NCBI GenBank assembly: GCA_030390025.1
Contig: JASTWF010000342.1
Location: 310,001 to 374,000, forward strand
DNA length: 64,000 nt
Reading direction: 5' to 3'
Origin: Squalus acanthias
Taxonomy: Eukaryota
Positions 51,306 through 64,000 of the stretch are shown one piece after another (the stretch's first letter is position 1; the number at the start of each line of letters is the position of its first letter). The notes beneath the pieces are model-generated. The model saw only the letters and a program-made list of their open reading frames with translations, did no database searches and was not told where the DNA came from. The translations under genes and the position numbers were made by a program.

Positions 51306-51838
51306 GAAGGATGCAACCCTGACAGCCCCTTTCTGGCTGGAATATTTGGGATGGAATGATCTGCCTGTGGTTCCAGTGACCACAACCCCAATTCCCCTTT
51401 CAACATTTGTCCCACACGTTCCCTTCCCTCTGTTACTGACCATCACAGCATCCTCTTAGCCAAAATGCTGAAATAAAAGCCACCACAAAGCAAATTTTCC
51501 AATCCAACTTTATACATCTATCCATCCAATATGACATCAAGAAATCAACTCATCAACCTTATGTGGTCCCTTAGTGATTATTGTGTGTGCCTTTTCCTAT
51601 CCTACTGATGTCACGCAGTGCTATCCCAGTGGCTGCAGCATGGCTGGTGGAAGGCTGCTGACTTTCAGTGGGGGACACTGCAGATGGCCTTGCTGGTCAA
51701 CCTTGAGGAGCTGGTGGCTGGGAGTGTGAAATCGAGTGATAGTGTTCTCCATCTTCTTAACTCTCCTCTCCCTCTTCTTGGTCAACCATTGGCTGGGCAG
51801 GCTTCATTTCTTGGGTGTGTGAAATAGGGAGGCACAAG

Positions 51839-54800
51839 AAAGGTGTATGACAGATACCGAGGGCTAAATACTCCAGAATCTTTAGAGGAATACAGAAAGT
51901 GCAGGGGTGCAATTAAAAAGGATATTAGGAAAGCAAAGAGAAAGCATGAAAAATTCTTGGCAAGTAAATCAAGGAAAACCCAAAGATGTTTTATAAATAT
52001 ATTAAAAGTAAGAGGATAACTAAAGAAAGGATAGAGCCTATTAGAGATCATGAGGGTAATCTGTGTATGGAAGCAGGAGATGTCGGTACGGTTCTTAATG
52101 AATACTTTGCGTCTGTTTTCACAAAGGAGAGAGGCGAAGCAGACATTACTATCAGGGAGGAGGAGTGTGAAATATTAGATGAAATAAACATAGTGAGAGA
52201 GGAAGTATTAAGGAGTTTAGCAGCTTTAAAAGTGGATAAATCCCCAGGCCTGGATAAAATGTATCCCAGGCTGTTAAGCGAAGCAAAAGAGGAAGTAGCA
52301 GAGGCCCTGATCATCATTTTTCAATCCTCTCTGGCTTCAGGTGTGGTGCCGGAGGACTGGAGGGCTGTTAATGTGGTACCCTTGTTTAAAAAGGGAGAAA
52401 AGGATAGACCGAGTAATTACAGGCCAGTCAGCCTAACCTCGGTGGTGGGAAAATTATTGGAAAGAATTCTGAAGGACAGGATAAATCTTCATTTAGAAAG
52501 ACACAGATTAATCAAGGATAGTCAGCACGGATTTGTTAAGGGAAGGTCGTGTCTGACAAACTTGATTGAAATTTTTGAGGAGGTAACAAGGAGGGTAGAT
52601 GAGGGTAATGCATTTGATGTAGTGTATATGAACTTTAGCAAGGCTTTTGATAAGGTTCCACATGGCAGACTGGTCACGAAGTTAAAAGCCCATGGGATCC
52701 AGGGCAAAGTGTCAAGTTGGATTCAAAACTGGCTCAGAGGCAGGAAGCAGAGAGTAATGGCTGATGGGTGTTTTTGTGACTGGAAGGCTGTTTCCAGTGG
52801 GGTTCCGCAGGGCTCAATACTCGGTCCCTTGCTTTTTGTGGTATATAGCAATGATCTAGACTTGAATATTGGGGGTATGATTAAGAAATTTGCAGATGAT
52901 AGTAAAATCAGCTGTGTGGTTGATACTGAAGAAGGAAGCTGTAGACTGCAGGAAGATATCAATAAATTGGTCATGTGGGCAGAACAGTGGCAAATGGAAT
53001 TCAATCCAGAGAAGTGTGAGGTAATACATTTGGGGAGGGCTAACAAGGAAAGGGAATACACATTAAATGGTAGGACACTGAGTAGTGTAGAGGAACAAAG
53101 GGACCTTGAAGTGCATGTCCACAGATCCCTGAAGGTAGCAAGCCAGGTAGATAAGGTGGTTAAGAAGGCATACGGAATGCTTGCCTTTATTAGCCGTGGC
53201 ATAGCATACAAGAGCAGGGGGGTTATACTTCAACTGTATAAAATACTAGTTAGGCCTCAGCTAGAGTACTGCGTGTAGTTCTGGTCACCACATTACAGGA
53301 AAGATGTGATTGCACTAGAGAGGGTACAGAGGAGATTTACAAGGATGTTGCCGGGAGTAGAGAATGTTAGCTATGAGGAAAGACTGGATAGGCTGGGTTT
53401 GTTTTCCTTGGAACAGAGGAGGCTGAGGGGAGACCTTATTGAGGTGTATAAAATTATGAGGGGCCTAGATAAAGTGGATAGAAAGGAACTGGAGAGGAAT
53501 TTGCAGTGGGAGGGGGAGGAGCCAGTGGTCGTAGTCCATGTAGGTACCAACGACATAGGTAGAACTAGGAAAGAGGTTCTGCTGAGAGAGTATGAGCAGC
53601 TAGGGGCTAAATTAAAAAGTAGAACCTCAAGGGTAATAATGTCTGCATTATTACCTGAGCCACGAGCAAATTGGCATAGGGTAAATAAAATTAGAGAGAT
53701 GAATTCGTGGCTCAAAGACTGGTGTGGGAGAAATGGGTTTCAATTCCTGGGGCACTGGCACCAGTACTGGGGAAAGTGGGATCTGTATCGTTGGAATGGT
53801 CTTCACCTGAACCGTGCTGGGACTAGTGTTCTGGTGAGTCGTATAACTAGGGCGGTAGAGAGGGCTTTAAACTAAAATTGGGGGCATGGGATCAAATTTG
53901 GGAAGATGCGGTAATTCAAAGATTAGAGACAAGGCAATAGAGAAAGGTATTAATATGGGAAATGATAAACAGACCGTGACAGGAAGGGATAGAGAGTACA
54001 AATTTAAGAGTAAATCAACAGATAAGGCTAGAGGTTACAAAAATAATAAAAGGACAAAACTAAAGGCTCTGCATCTGAATGCAGGTAGCATTCGAAACAA
54101 AACAGATGAACTGATAGCGCAAATAGAAATAAATAAATATGATCTGATAGCCATTACAGAAATATGGCTGCAGGATGACATAGATTGGGACCTGAATATT
54201 GAAGGGTACATGACATTTAGAAAGGACAGGAAGGACAGGAAGGTGGGAAAAGGTGGAGGGGTGGCTCTGTTAATTAATGATGGTATTAGCACAATAGAGA
54301 GGGATGACCAAAGTTCAGGAAACCAGGATGTAGAAGCGGTTTGGGTAGAGATGAGAAATAATAAAGGCAAGAAGTCACTTGTGGGAGTGATGTACAGGCC
54401 CCCTAACAGTAACCACATGATAGGATGGAGTATAAAGGAAGAAATAATGGGAGCTTGTCAGAAGGGTACAGCAATAATCATGGGGGATTTTAATCTGCAT
54501 ATAGACTGGAAAAATCAGATGGGCAAAGGTAGCATAGATGAGGAGTTCATGGAATGTTTTCGGGATAGTTTCTTACAACAGCACGTTCTGGAGCCAACCA
54601 GAGAGCAGGCTATATTAGACCTGGTATTGTGCAACGAAATAGGATTAATTAATGACCTCATAGTGAAGGCGCTCCTCGGTAGCAGCGATCATAATATGAT
54701 TGAATTTTACATTCAGTTTGAGAGAGAGAAGAGTGGGTCCAAGACTAGTATTTTAAACTTAAATAAGGGCAATTATGAGGGCATGAAAGCAGAGCTAGCT

Positions 54801-57263
54801 AAAGTGAACTGGCAAATTAGGTTAAGGGATAGGTCAATAGAGTTGCAGTGGCAGACATTTAAGGGGATATTTCAAAATACACAGAATATATACATTCCAA
54901 CAAGAAAGAAACATTCCAAGGGGAGGACCCACCATCTGTGGTTAACTAAAAAAGTTAAAGATAGTATTAAACTTAAAGAAAAAGCATATAATTGCACAAA
55001 GATGGGTGGCAGGTCAGACGATTGGACAGAATATAAAAAACAGCAAAGAATGACTAAAAGATTAATAAGGAGAGAAAACTTAGAGTACGAGAGAAAGCTA
55101 GCTAGAAATATAAAAACAGATAGTAAGAGTTTCTATAGATATTTAAAAAAGAAAAGTTAACAAAGTGAGTGTTGGTCCTATAAAAAGTGAGTCTGGGGAA
55201 TTAATAATGGAAAATAAGGAAATGGCAGTTGAATTGAACAGGTATTTTGCATTGGTCTTCACTATAGAGGATACAAGTAACATCCCAGAAATAGCTGTAA
55301 ATCAGGAAATGGAAGGGAGGGAGGAACTCAAGAAAATTATAATCACCAGGGAAGTGGTACTGAGCAAATTGTTGGAGCTGCGGGCTGACAAGTCCCCGGG
55401 TCCTGATGGACTTCATCCTAGGGTCTTAAAAGAAGTGGCTAGTGAGATAGTTGATGCGTTGGTTTTAATTTTCCAAAATTCCCTAGATTCGGGGAAGGTT
55501 CCATTAGATTGGAAAATAACGAATGTAACTCCTTTATTCAAAAAGGGAGGGAGACAGAAAGCAGGAAACTACAGGCCAGTTAGCTTAACATCTGTCATAG
55601 GGAAGATGATAGAAGCTATTATTAAAGACGTTATAGCAGGGCATTTAGAAAAGTTCAAAGTAATCAGGCAGAGTCAACATGGTTTTGTGCAAGGGAAATC
55701 ATGTTTAACCAATTTATTGGAGTTCTTTGAGGAAGTAACATGTGCTGTGGATAAAGGGGAACCGGTGGATGTACTGTACTTAGATAAGGTGCCACATCAA
55801 AGGTTATTGCGGAAAATAAAAGCTCGTGGTGTAGGGGGTAACATATTGGCATGGATAGAAGATTGGCTAGCTAACAGGAAACAGAGAGTAGGCATAAATG
55901 GGTCATTTTCTGATTGGCAAGATGCAACAAGTGGTGTGCCATAGGGATCAGTGCTGGGGCCTCAACTTTTTACAATTTATATAAATGACTTGGATGAAGG
56001 GACCAAAGGTATGGTTGCTAAATTCACTGATGACACAAAGATAGGTAGGAAAGTAAATTGTGAAGAGGACATAAGGAGGCTAAAGGGATTTGGATAAGTT
56101 AAGTGAGTGGGCAAAGATCTGGCAAATGGAGTATAATGTGGGAAAATGTGAAGTTGTCCATTTTGGCAGGAAGAATAAAAAAGAAGCATATTATCTAAAT
56201 GGTGAGAGATTGCAGAGCTCTGAGATGCAGAGGGATCTGGGTGTCCTAGTGCATGAATCACAAAAGGTTACTATGCAGGTACAGCAAGTAATTAGGAAAG
56301 CTAATAGAATGTTATCATTTATTGTGAGGGGAATTGAATACAAAAGTAGGGAGGTTATGCTTCAGTTATACAGGGCATTGGTGAGACCACATCTGGAGTA
56401 CTGCATACAGTATTGGTCTCCTTATTTAAGGAAGGATGTAAATGCGTTGGAAGCAGCTCAGAGAAGGTTTACCAGACTAATACCTGGAATGGGCAGGTTG
56501 TCTTATGAGGAAAGGTTGGACAGGCTAGGCTTGTATCCACTGGAGTTTAGAAGAATAAGAGGTGACTTCATTGAAACATATAAGATCCTGAGGGGTCTGG
56601 ACAGGGTGGATGTGGAGAGGATGTTTCCTCTTGTGGGAGAATCTAGAACTAGGGGTCACCCATTTAAGACAGAGATGAGGAGAAATATTTTCTCACAGAG
56701 GGTTGTGAGTCTTTGGAACTCTCTTCCTCAGAGGGTGGTGGAAGCAGAGTCTTTGAATATTTTTAAGGCAGAGGTAGATAGATTCTTGATAAGCAAGGGG
56801 GTGAAAAGTTATCGGGGGTAGGCGGGAATGTGGAGTAATCAGATCAGCCATGATCTTATTGAATGGCGGCGCATGCTCGAAGGTCCAAGTGGCCAACTCC
56901 TGCTCCTAATTCGTATGTTCGTATGTTCATATGACCTATTTCCCTTAGCAGAGAGGTCAATAACCAGAGGGCATAGATTTAAAGTAATTGGTAGAAGGAT
57001 TAGAGGGAAGTTGAGGAGAACTTATTTCATCCAGAGGGTGGTGGGGGTCTGGAACTCACTGCCTGAAAGGGTGGTAGAGGCAGAAACCCTAACCACATTT
57101 AAAAAGTACTTGGATATGCACTTGAGATGCTGTAACCTGCAGGGCTACAGACCAAGAGCTGAGAAGTGGGATTAGGCTGGATAGCTCTTTGTTGGCCGGC
57201 GCGGACACAATGGGCTGAAATGGCCTCCTTCTGTGCTGTAACTTTCTATGATTCTATGATTCT
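51839..57263 (+). mobile_element. Outer CR1 (51839-53487 and 56933-57263) with a 430-codon open RT region
   Basis: ORF 51986-53278: [39 protein letters not shown]; rejoins as gatagaaagga|cctatttccc; TSD acaag (51834-51838, 57264-57268). Confidence 0.92.
53488..56932 (+). mobile_element. Inner near-full-length CR1: ORF1 SGNH-esterase part, ORF2 endonuclease and RT (frameshifted), 3' UTR
   Basis: VVVHVGTND..GLHLNRAG; LNAGSIRNK, AITEIWL, YRPP, GDFN, SDH; RT motifs; ttcgtatg tail. Confidence 0.93.
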
Positions 57264-60200
57264 ACAAGGGTGGAGTTGTGGGGAGGGGATGGCGGGAAAG
57301 CAAGAGGTGCTAGGGCGAGAATGAGGATAACTTATGAGGATACCAGCATCTTGTATCCTTTTAGCCCCGCTGCTGCCCAAGGGCTCAGCCATGCCCTTGC
57401 CATGAATGGCCAGCACTGTCTCCTCCAAGGGGATGAGGTGAAGCTAGGAATGGGAGGTGTGCCTCATGATTGGTACAGATTGTTGGTAGGTGAGTGATTG
57501 GGGGTGGGGGTCGTGCATTGAGCAGTGTGTGAGGCTAGTGATGCAGTTGGTAGGAGACGGCTTTTGACAATGCATTCACTGACCATGACCACCGGTCTGA
57601 GGTCATGAAGCTTTGGGCATTGGAGCCAGGTGTTGGGGGTGACATTGCTGGCAGTGACAGCCTCGGTGATCTAGTCCCGCATTGTTCTTTCTGGAGGGCC
57701 TCCTGGCCCCTGTGGGTAGAGGACCTCTCTTGCAGTGTTGACCCCCTGCACAAAGCTGAAGTGCTGCGTGTGAGACCCTGGGTGCCCCTTCCCTGGCTTG
57801 CTGAGCCATTTGTGTTAGTGCTGAAGCACCTTCCCATTTCTTGAGGTGCAGAAGGGAATTCTGCTTTAAGAGCTGAAGACTCCCATTTGAAAATTTATTT
57901 TCAAATGTTAATTTTTTTTAAAAATGCAGTCAAGCTGTAAGGGCTGAAAACTGCTTTTTTTTTACTTCATTTTTAATTTTATCAATTCAGAAGGTATTGC
58001 CCTTTAAAACAAACAACAATGCATTGCCCTTTTAATATCCCACAATGCCTAGCAAACTCGTAGCCTCGCTTCCAGAGGCTGTTGGAAGTTCGAACGCCGC
58101 TTCTGGATGCCACATTCGGCGCTGATGCTGGGACTAACACCACCAGGAGGGCATTACTCGGTCAGTTTAGCGCTGGGCTAATAGTCTTTAGTCCCTAGCG
58201 CGCAAATTTTTCACTCCTATCAGCGCTGCCATTTTCGGCAGCTGTTAACCCACGACTGCGGTGGCACCGGCAAATTACGTGTCACAGTCGAATTTCTCGG
58301 CCAGAGTATCCCTAGTTAGAGGCTTCAGTGCAGATGCTTGGTGTCTTTTGTGTCTGTAATCAAAAACCTTGACGTTGGAACATTTGAAGTTAAGGCCTCA
58401 TTACTACTGCTGGGACTTGTACTATTTGTAATCTGGACTTGGGTCACTGAGTTGAGCACTGGATGACAGCTGGGGCCTGTGGCTAGGGGCTGAAATTATT
58501 GGACCTTGATCGTAGATGCAAGATCATGGACCCAGGAAAGATGTTAGATGTCTATTGAATTACTGTTTGGCAAAATAGATGTTAAAATCTGTAAATGAGA
58601 TACATTAACATGCTTTATTAATGGTAGAATTATGGACAGTAAGATTTCAGATTTGTTACACACTTATCAAGGGCTAAATTTTAAGAGTCATATAAAGATA
58701 TGAAGAAGATTATGGTGGAAAACCTTAGCTTACTGTGGAATTTTTATTTATATTATAGTAATATAAAAGCTTAGAGTTTGAATTGATAAATTAGTAATTA
58801 ATAGATTAGTAGTTGGAATAGTGCTGTTAGAGATGGCAACACTATATTTAAAATAAATTATTTTATTATTTTACAGTTAATAGAGCAATCTTGCATATAA
58901 ATAAATAGGGGGAATTTGGGCTTTTAAAAACTTTATGTAGACCTTACTTTGCTAGCCTTCAGCTGATAAGAATGATTCCCTTTAATATGACAAGCTTTTC
59001 TGAACAAACAAGTATTTATAATTAGGTGTAAGATATGTGTGATAAATATGTTCAAATATAAATTGAAATTTCTGTCACTACACATTTATTTGTGCTTAAA
59101 TATCCCTTGAAGATGCTGCAAGTAATAAAATAACACACCAAATAAACTCTGATTTTCATTAGAACCATGAAAAATTGGTTGTCTAAGTAACGACATTACC
59201 CTCAGTTCTTAAGGATGTATTCTGTAGACCTGTAACAATTCCTAAAGGGTTACTGTGCCCTGCTAGAAGAGATATGACTCTATATATTGATGAGGCAACA
59301 AGAGGCAGAGGTTAAATAAAAGTTGTAATACTGTACATTATAATGTACATGGTGCTTCAATCCACATCTCGGATAATAATTAGCTATCATTACAGACAAA
59401 TATTTAGTGCAGGTTTGAAAAGCAACAGCGCTGCAGGGAAAATAGAAGTTGGATTCTATTTAAAATGTTTATCACAAATATTATATTTAAAGAATGTACA
59501 GCATTCACTCTAAAATAATTGGAATTTGGGAAGGTACAAGAAAAGCTAACTGCATTTTCTGATACTTTTGGCGAAGTTGAGATCTGTAAAATGTCTCCCA
59601 ATCAGTCACACACTCAGTAATCTGGCTAAATCTCTTAAGTGCAGGAATTTGATTTAAATCCAACCGTCCAAAGATTTGTTATTTTGCCATTAATTCCAGT
59701 GCACTTCCGCCACATGTACAGCATGTCAATTCTGATCCATCTGCTATCATTGCCTGTGCCTGTATGTGTTGTTTTGCACAGCTCTTGCTGTTTCTGATGG
59801 TGTGCCTGCCATCATATTGAATTCTTCTTGACTGAATGTTTGATCTGTGTGCTTGGATAAACATCATTTATAAAACTAACCAAATGTGGTAATATTTAGC
59901 AAACCTCCTCCTCAATGATTATTCTTGCTCAGTATTTTTGAGCCATTCACCTTTAAACTCTCTCAGAGAAGAAAAATGACTGAATTGCTATCATACAGTG
60001 GAGACCAGTGGCTGTGCTGTGCATTTGCCCACTGTGTCCCTGGACAGTCATATGACAAATTACTGCAGCCCTTGCCTCCAAGAGTTCAATAAGCTGGTGT
60101 TGTCCTGAGATTGCAAACTATTTACAGCTGAAATGCTCAGCATCCATCATCCACACAGAATCAACCCCTGCTGTCCTGGATGGCATTTACATCTTGAAAG

Positions 60201-60304
60201 GATATGTGACTCGGGCATCACATTTGCTGAATTGCTCCATCGTTGATTACATTGACAATTCATAATTTTCATTTCAGCAAAATGCCCAGCCATGAAAATC
60301 TAAT

Positions 60305-60497
60305 GGGTAATTTTCCGACTTTGCATTCCCAGTTGGGTGGCTCAGCAACTCGGAGCACATATTGAAAATTCAGACACCCACTGTCCAGGATTTTCCAACG
60401 AATTAAGATAGTCATAGGTCGTACGCGCTTGAATTTCTGATAAAAGCTGTTCATCGGCTAGGCTCCCCAACAGGAGTGCAAAATTAGAAACTTACCT
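60305..60497. mobile_element. Small MITE related to 777-927
   Basis: Inverted ends gggtaattttccgactttgcattcc / ggagtgcaaaattagaaacttacctc. Confidence 0.55.
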
Positions 60498-60814
60498 CTC
60501 TAATCTCTTGAGCAAGATAACTACATGCAGGACCATTTGCACTTCTAGAATAGACTGATCTTCAGTAGGTTAATTCCTAAACATATGAGATGATTAGTTT
60601 AGTAGTGTATTAGCGGATTGGTGAATAATTACTTGATCAAATGATTATCAAGATCTTTGAAATTAAACACATTTGTTGCTATACGTCTCTAAAAATAAAA
60701 TCTACTTTATTTTCAGCATAAACTGTATCAAAAAATCTCCTTTGTATTTTCTTTTTTGAGTTATTGAAGATGCTAAATATCACAGTTATATAATTAAATA
60801 ATAAACCATATTAT

Positions 60815-61520
60815 GTTTAGACAAGTGTGGATTAATTAAGGAAAGCCAGCACAGATTTGTTAAAGGCAAATCGTGTTTAAGTAACTACATTGAGTTCTTT
60901 TGATGAGGTAACAGTGAGGGTTGATCAGGGCAATGCGGTTGACGTGGTGTACATGGACTTCCAAAAGATGTTCAGCAAAGTACCACATAATAGGCTTGCC
61001 AGCAAAGTTGAAGCCAACGGAATAAAAGAAACAGTGGCAGCATGGATACGACATTGGCTAAGTGACAGGAAACAGGGAGTAGTGGTGAGCGGTTGTTTTT
61101 CGGACTGGAGGAAGGTATACAGTGGTGCTCCCCAGGGGTCGGTCCTAGGACCACTGCTTTACTTGATATATATTAATGATTTGGACTTGGGTGTACAGGG
61201 CACAATTTCAAAAATTTGCAGATGACACAAAACTTGGAAGTATAGTGAACACTGAGGAGGAGAGTGATAGACTTCAAGAAGACATAGACAGACTGGTGGA
61301 ATGTGCGGATATGTGGCAGATTAAATTTAATGCAGAAAAGTGCGAAGTGATACATTTTGGTAGGAAGAACTAGGAGAGGCAATATAAACTAAAGGGTACA
61401 ATTCTAAAGGGGGTGCATGAACAGAGAGACCTGGGGGTATATGTGCACAAATTGTTAAAGGTGGCAGGGCAGGTTGAGAAAGCGGTTAAAAAAGCATATG
61501 GGATCCTGGGCTTCATAAAT
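60815..61520 (+). mobile_element. CR1 RT fragment
   Basis: [24 protein letters not shown]. Confidence 0.9.
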
Positions 61521-61940
61521 AGAAAGAAAGACTTGCATTTATATAGTGCCCTTTCACAACCACTGGACATATCAAAGTGCTTTACAGTCAATTAAGTACT
61601 TTATTTTGAAGTGGAGCCACTATTGTAATGTGGGAATCACAGAAGCCAATTTGCACACAGCAAGGTCCCACAAACAGCCAGATAATCTGTTTTAGTGATG
61701 TTGGTTGAGGGATAAATACTGGCCAGGACACTGGAAATAACTGCCCTGCTTTCTTCGAAATCGGCCGCCTGAGAGAGCAGACGGTTTAACGTCTCATCTG
61801 AAAGACTGCACCTCCAACAGTGCAGCACTCCTTTGGAGTGTTAGCCTAGCTTTATGTGCTCAAGTCCCGGGAGTGAGACTTGAACCCACAACCTTCTGAC
61901 TCAGAGGCAAGTGTGCTACCAACTGAGCCACAGCTGACAC
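61521..61940 (-). mobile_element. Deu-domain SINE with tRNA-like head
   Basis: Minus-strand A box tggctcagttgg and B box ggttcaagtc, Deu core and tail. Confidence 0.82.
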
Positions 61941-61947
61941 TAGGCAT

Positions 61948-63935
61948 AAGCCACGATTTTGCCGGCGCTCAGAGGGCGGGTTTGGAGGCGGGTCCGGAGT
62001 TAAAATCAAAATGATGACGGCGGGTTGTGAACCCGCCACCATCCTTTCCATCCTCCACACAACTTTCCAAAGTGTCGGGTCTGCGACTTTCGATCAGACC
62101 CGACACCAAGCGGCGGGAGAGGCAGTTAAGGCACTTAACAGCTTGTTAACTGCCTAGATAATCCCATTTTTACAGGCTTTGTTCGATTTTGCCACATTTT
62201 CAGCGTGTTCCACTTCGTTCGACAAACACGCCAGCTGTTGTGTTGGGTATTGCAACAAGCTGAATAGTTGACAGCTGCAACTACAGCATTAAAACTAACC
62301 TGCAACAGCAGTTCAATTTCAGATGCCAGAACTTTCTGTTTTGCAGACTTGGAAGACATTTTTTCGGTGTATTGAGGTTGTAAGTGTTTGTTCTGTGATC
62401 CATATGCACTATGACCTCCTTGGAATATCTCTCCCCACATTGACTGAGCACTTATAACATCTCTTCCTCACGTGAGATATATACAAGCAGCATGGGAACC
62501 ATTTATACCCTCTCATCCTGGTCCTCAGAATTGGAGGAAGAGCAGCCGCGGCAGCAGCAGAACCAGGCACAGCAGCAGCACCAACAACAGGCGTGTCCAC
62601 CTTCTCCTCAGCCACCTGATGCTGCACAAGGTGAAGGGCTTCAGCGCAGGGCTGCACCTCGCCGCAGGAGATACCCCCAGCACAGGGTTTACAGGCCGAG
62701 GATGAGCTTCCTCAGTGAGCAGCAGTGCCAAAGGAGGCTGAGACTTTCGCGAGAGGTAGTCGCTGAGATCTGCACAATGCTGTACCAACACCTGCAGCAC
62801 AGAGGAGCGGATGGACACCCCTTACCAGTGGCTGTCAAAGTCACCACTGCACTCAACTTCTGCAGAAATCAGCAGCATCTCCCAGTCGGCCGCACACACT
62901 TGCATCACGCAGGTTACCGATGCCCTCTTTGCCAAGTCGCACAATTACATCCACTTCTCAATGGATGAAGCAAGTGTTACGGCACGTGCGGTTGGCTTTG
63001 CAAATATGACAGGCTTCCCAAGGATGCAGGGCATCATCAACTTCACACATGTGGCCATTAGGGCACCCCATCACAACCCAGCTGTATTTGTCAACCGCAA
63101 GGGCTCCCACTCCCTTAACGTCCAGCTGGTGTGTAACCACAGGAAGAACATTATGCATGTTTGCGCCAAGTTCCCTGGCAGTTGCCATGATCGTTCATCC
63201 TGCGGCAGTCTAGTGTGCCTCAGCTTTTCAATCCACCAACTCAACTTTCCGTATGGCTACTTGGAGACAAGGGCTATCCCTTGAAGACGTGACTAATGAC
63301 ACCGATGAGGAGGCCATCAAACGAAGCTGAGTAGTGCTACAGTGTGAGCCACATTTCCACCAGAAGCATCATAGAGCAAACCATCGGCCTACTCAAAATC
63401 CGATTCAGATGCCTGGACAGATCTGGTGGAGCCCTACAGTACGCACCAGCCAGGGTTTCCAGAATCATCGTGGTCTGCTGTGCCCTGCACAACATCGCAC
63501 TGCAGCGTGGCTTACCGCTGCCTGAGGAACAAATGGCTCAGTGCACAACCTCCTCCTCGAGGAGGAGGAGAAGCCGAATGAGGCTGCAGATGAGGAAGAC
63601 CTGGTGGAGGTGGCTGTCCCAGTGCCACCAGCACACGAGCACATTGCTGGCCGTGAGGCAAGGGATGCACTAATCCATGCCAGATTCGCGTAACTTTACG
63701 CTGCAAACACATGTGGCTCGCACATGGATATGTGTGTTTGCACGACCTTCATTGCACACCATACAGCATCTGTACAATAAACTGTGCATTCCTATCACTC
63801 TCCCCACCATCACTGCTGATGAAAGGCGCCCTGACCCCTCAGTATGCAACTTCCATTTCTGAGCACACATAGGCCAAATCTTTGATTCTTTGACATCACA
63901 TTTGTTTAATACAATTGAAATAAAGATGACAAATG
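61948..63935 (+). mobile_element. PIF/Harbinger element G (transposase side)
   Basis: TIR-like gccacgatttt start, GC-rich subterminal region, transposase downstream. Confidence 0.75.
62492..63693 (+). pseudogene. Harbinger DDE transposase, frameshifted
   Basis: [80 protein letters not shown]. Confidence 0.92.
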
Positions 63936-64000
63936 TTTTATTCGCTTATGGGATCTGGGCGTCGCTGGCAAGGCCAGCATTTATTGCCCATTCCTAGTTG

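Larger units (their letters stand above)
51110..58302. mobile_element. PIF/Harbinger element E remnant (51110-51838 and 57264-58302) split by nested CR1s
   Basis: Transposase acidic tail, shared 3' region, Myb exons on minus strand (MAQQAREGAPRV), TIR gaatttctcggcc; TSD acaag around the CR1 block. Confidence 0.8.

Noticed and set aside
51067..51459. Protamine- or SR-like Arg-rich ORF
   Set aside because: Alternative frame of the purine-rich minisatellite; the ORF starts inside a LINE fragment
51986..53278. Functional stand-alone reverse transcriptase gene
   Set aside because: 5'-truncated CR1 lacking the endonuclease, with a premature stop and a nested insertion
62492..63693. Domesticated HARBI1 host gene
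   Set aside because: Frameshifts, in-frame stops, first catalytic Asp motif altered (GIINFTH) and many paralogous decayed copies nearby

Overview
This is repeat-dense vertebrate genomic DNA, very probably from an elasmobranch (shark/ray), judged by an HE1-type V-SINE, Deu-domain SINEs and abundant CR1 LINEs. I can support no host protein-coding exon, and nearly all track ORFs are transposon fragments or spurious. Main contents: many CR1 pieces, including a CR1 nested in a CR1 nested in a Harbinger element; at least nine PIF/Harbinger-derived segments with convergent DDE transposase and spliced Myb/SANT genes, one complete with TIRs and TSD; several Harbinger-type MITEs; a 1.64-kb solo LTR; Gypsy and Tx1 fragments; SINEs; and minisatellites. 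The most striking structure is two ~220-bp TSD-flanked fold-back insertions (9797-10015, 23254-23469). Their ~85-bp arms carry a minimal hammerhead-ribozyme motif on both strands, consistent with non-autonomous Penelope-like elements. All family names come from motif recognition by eye, not from database searches.
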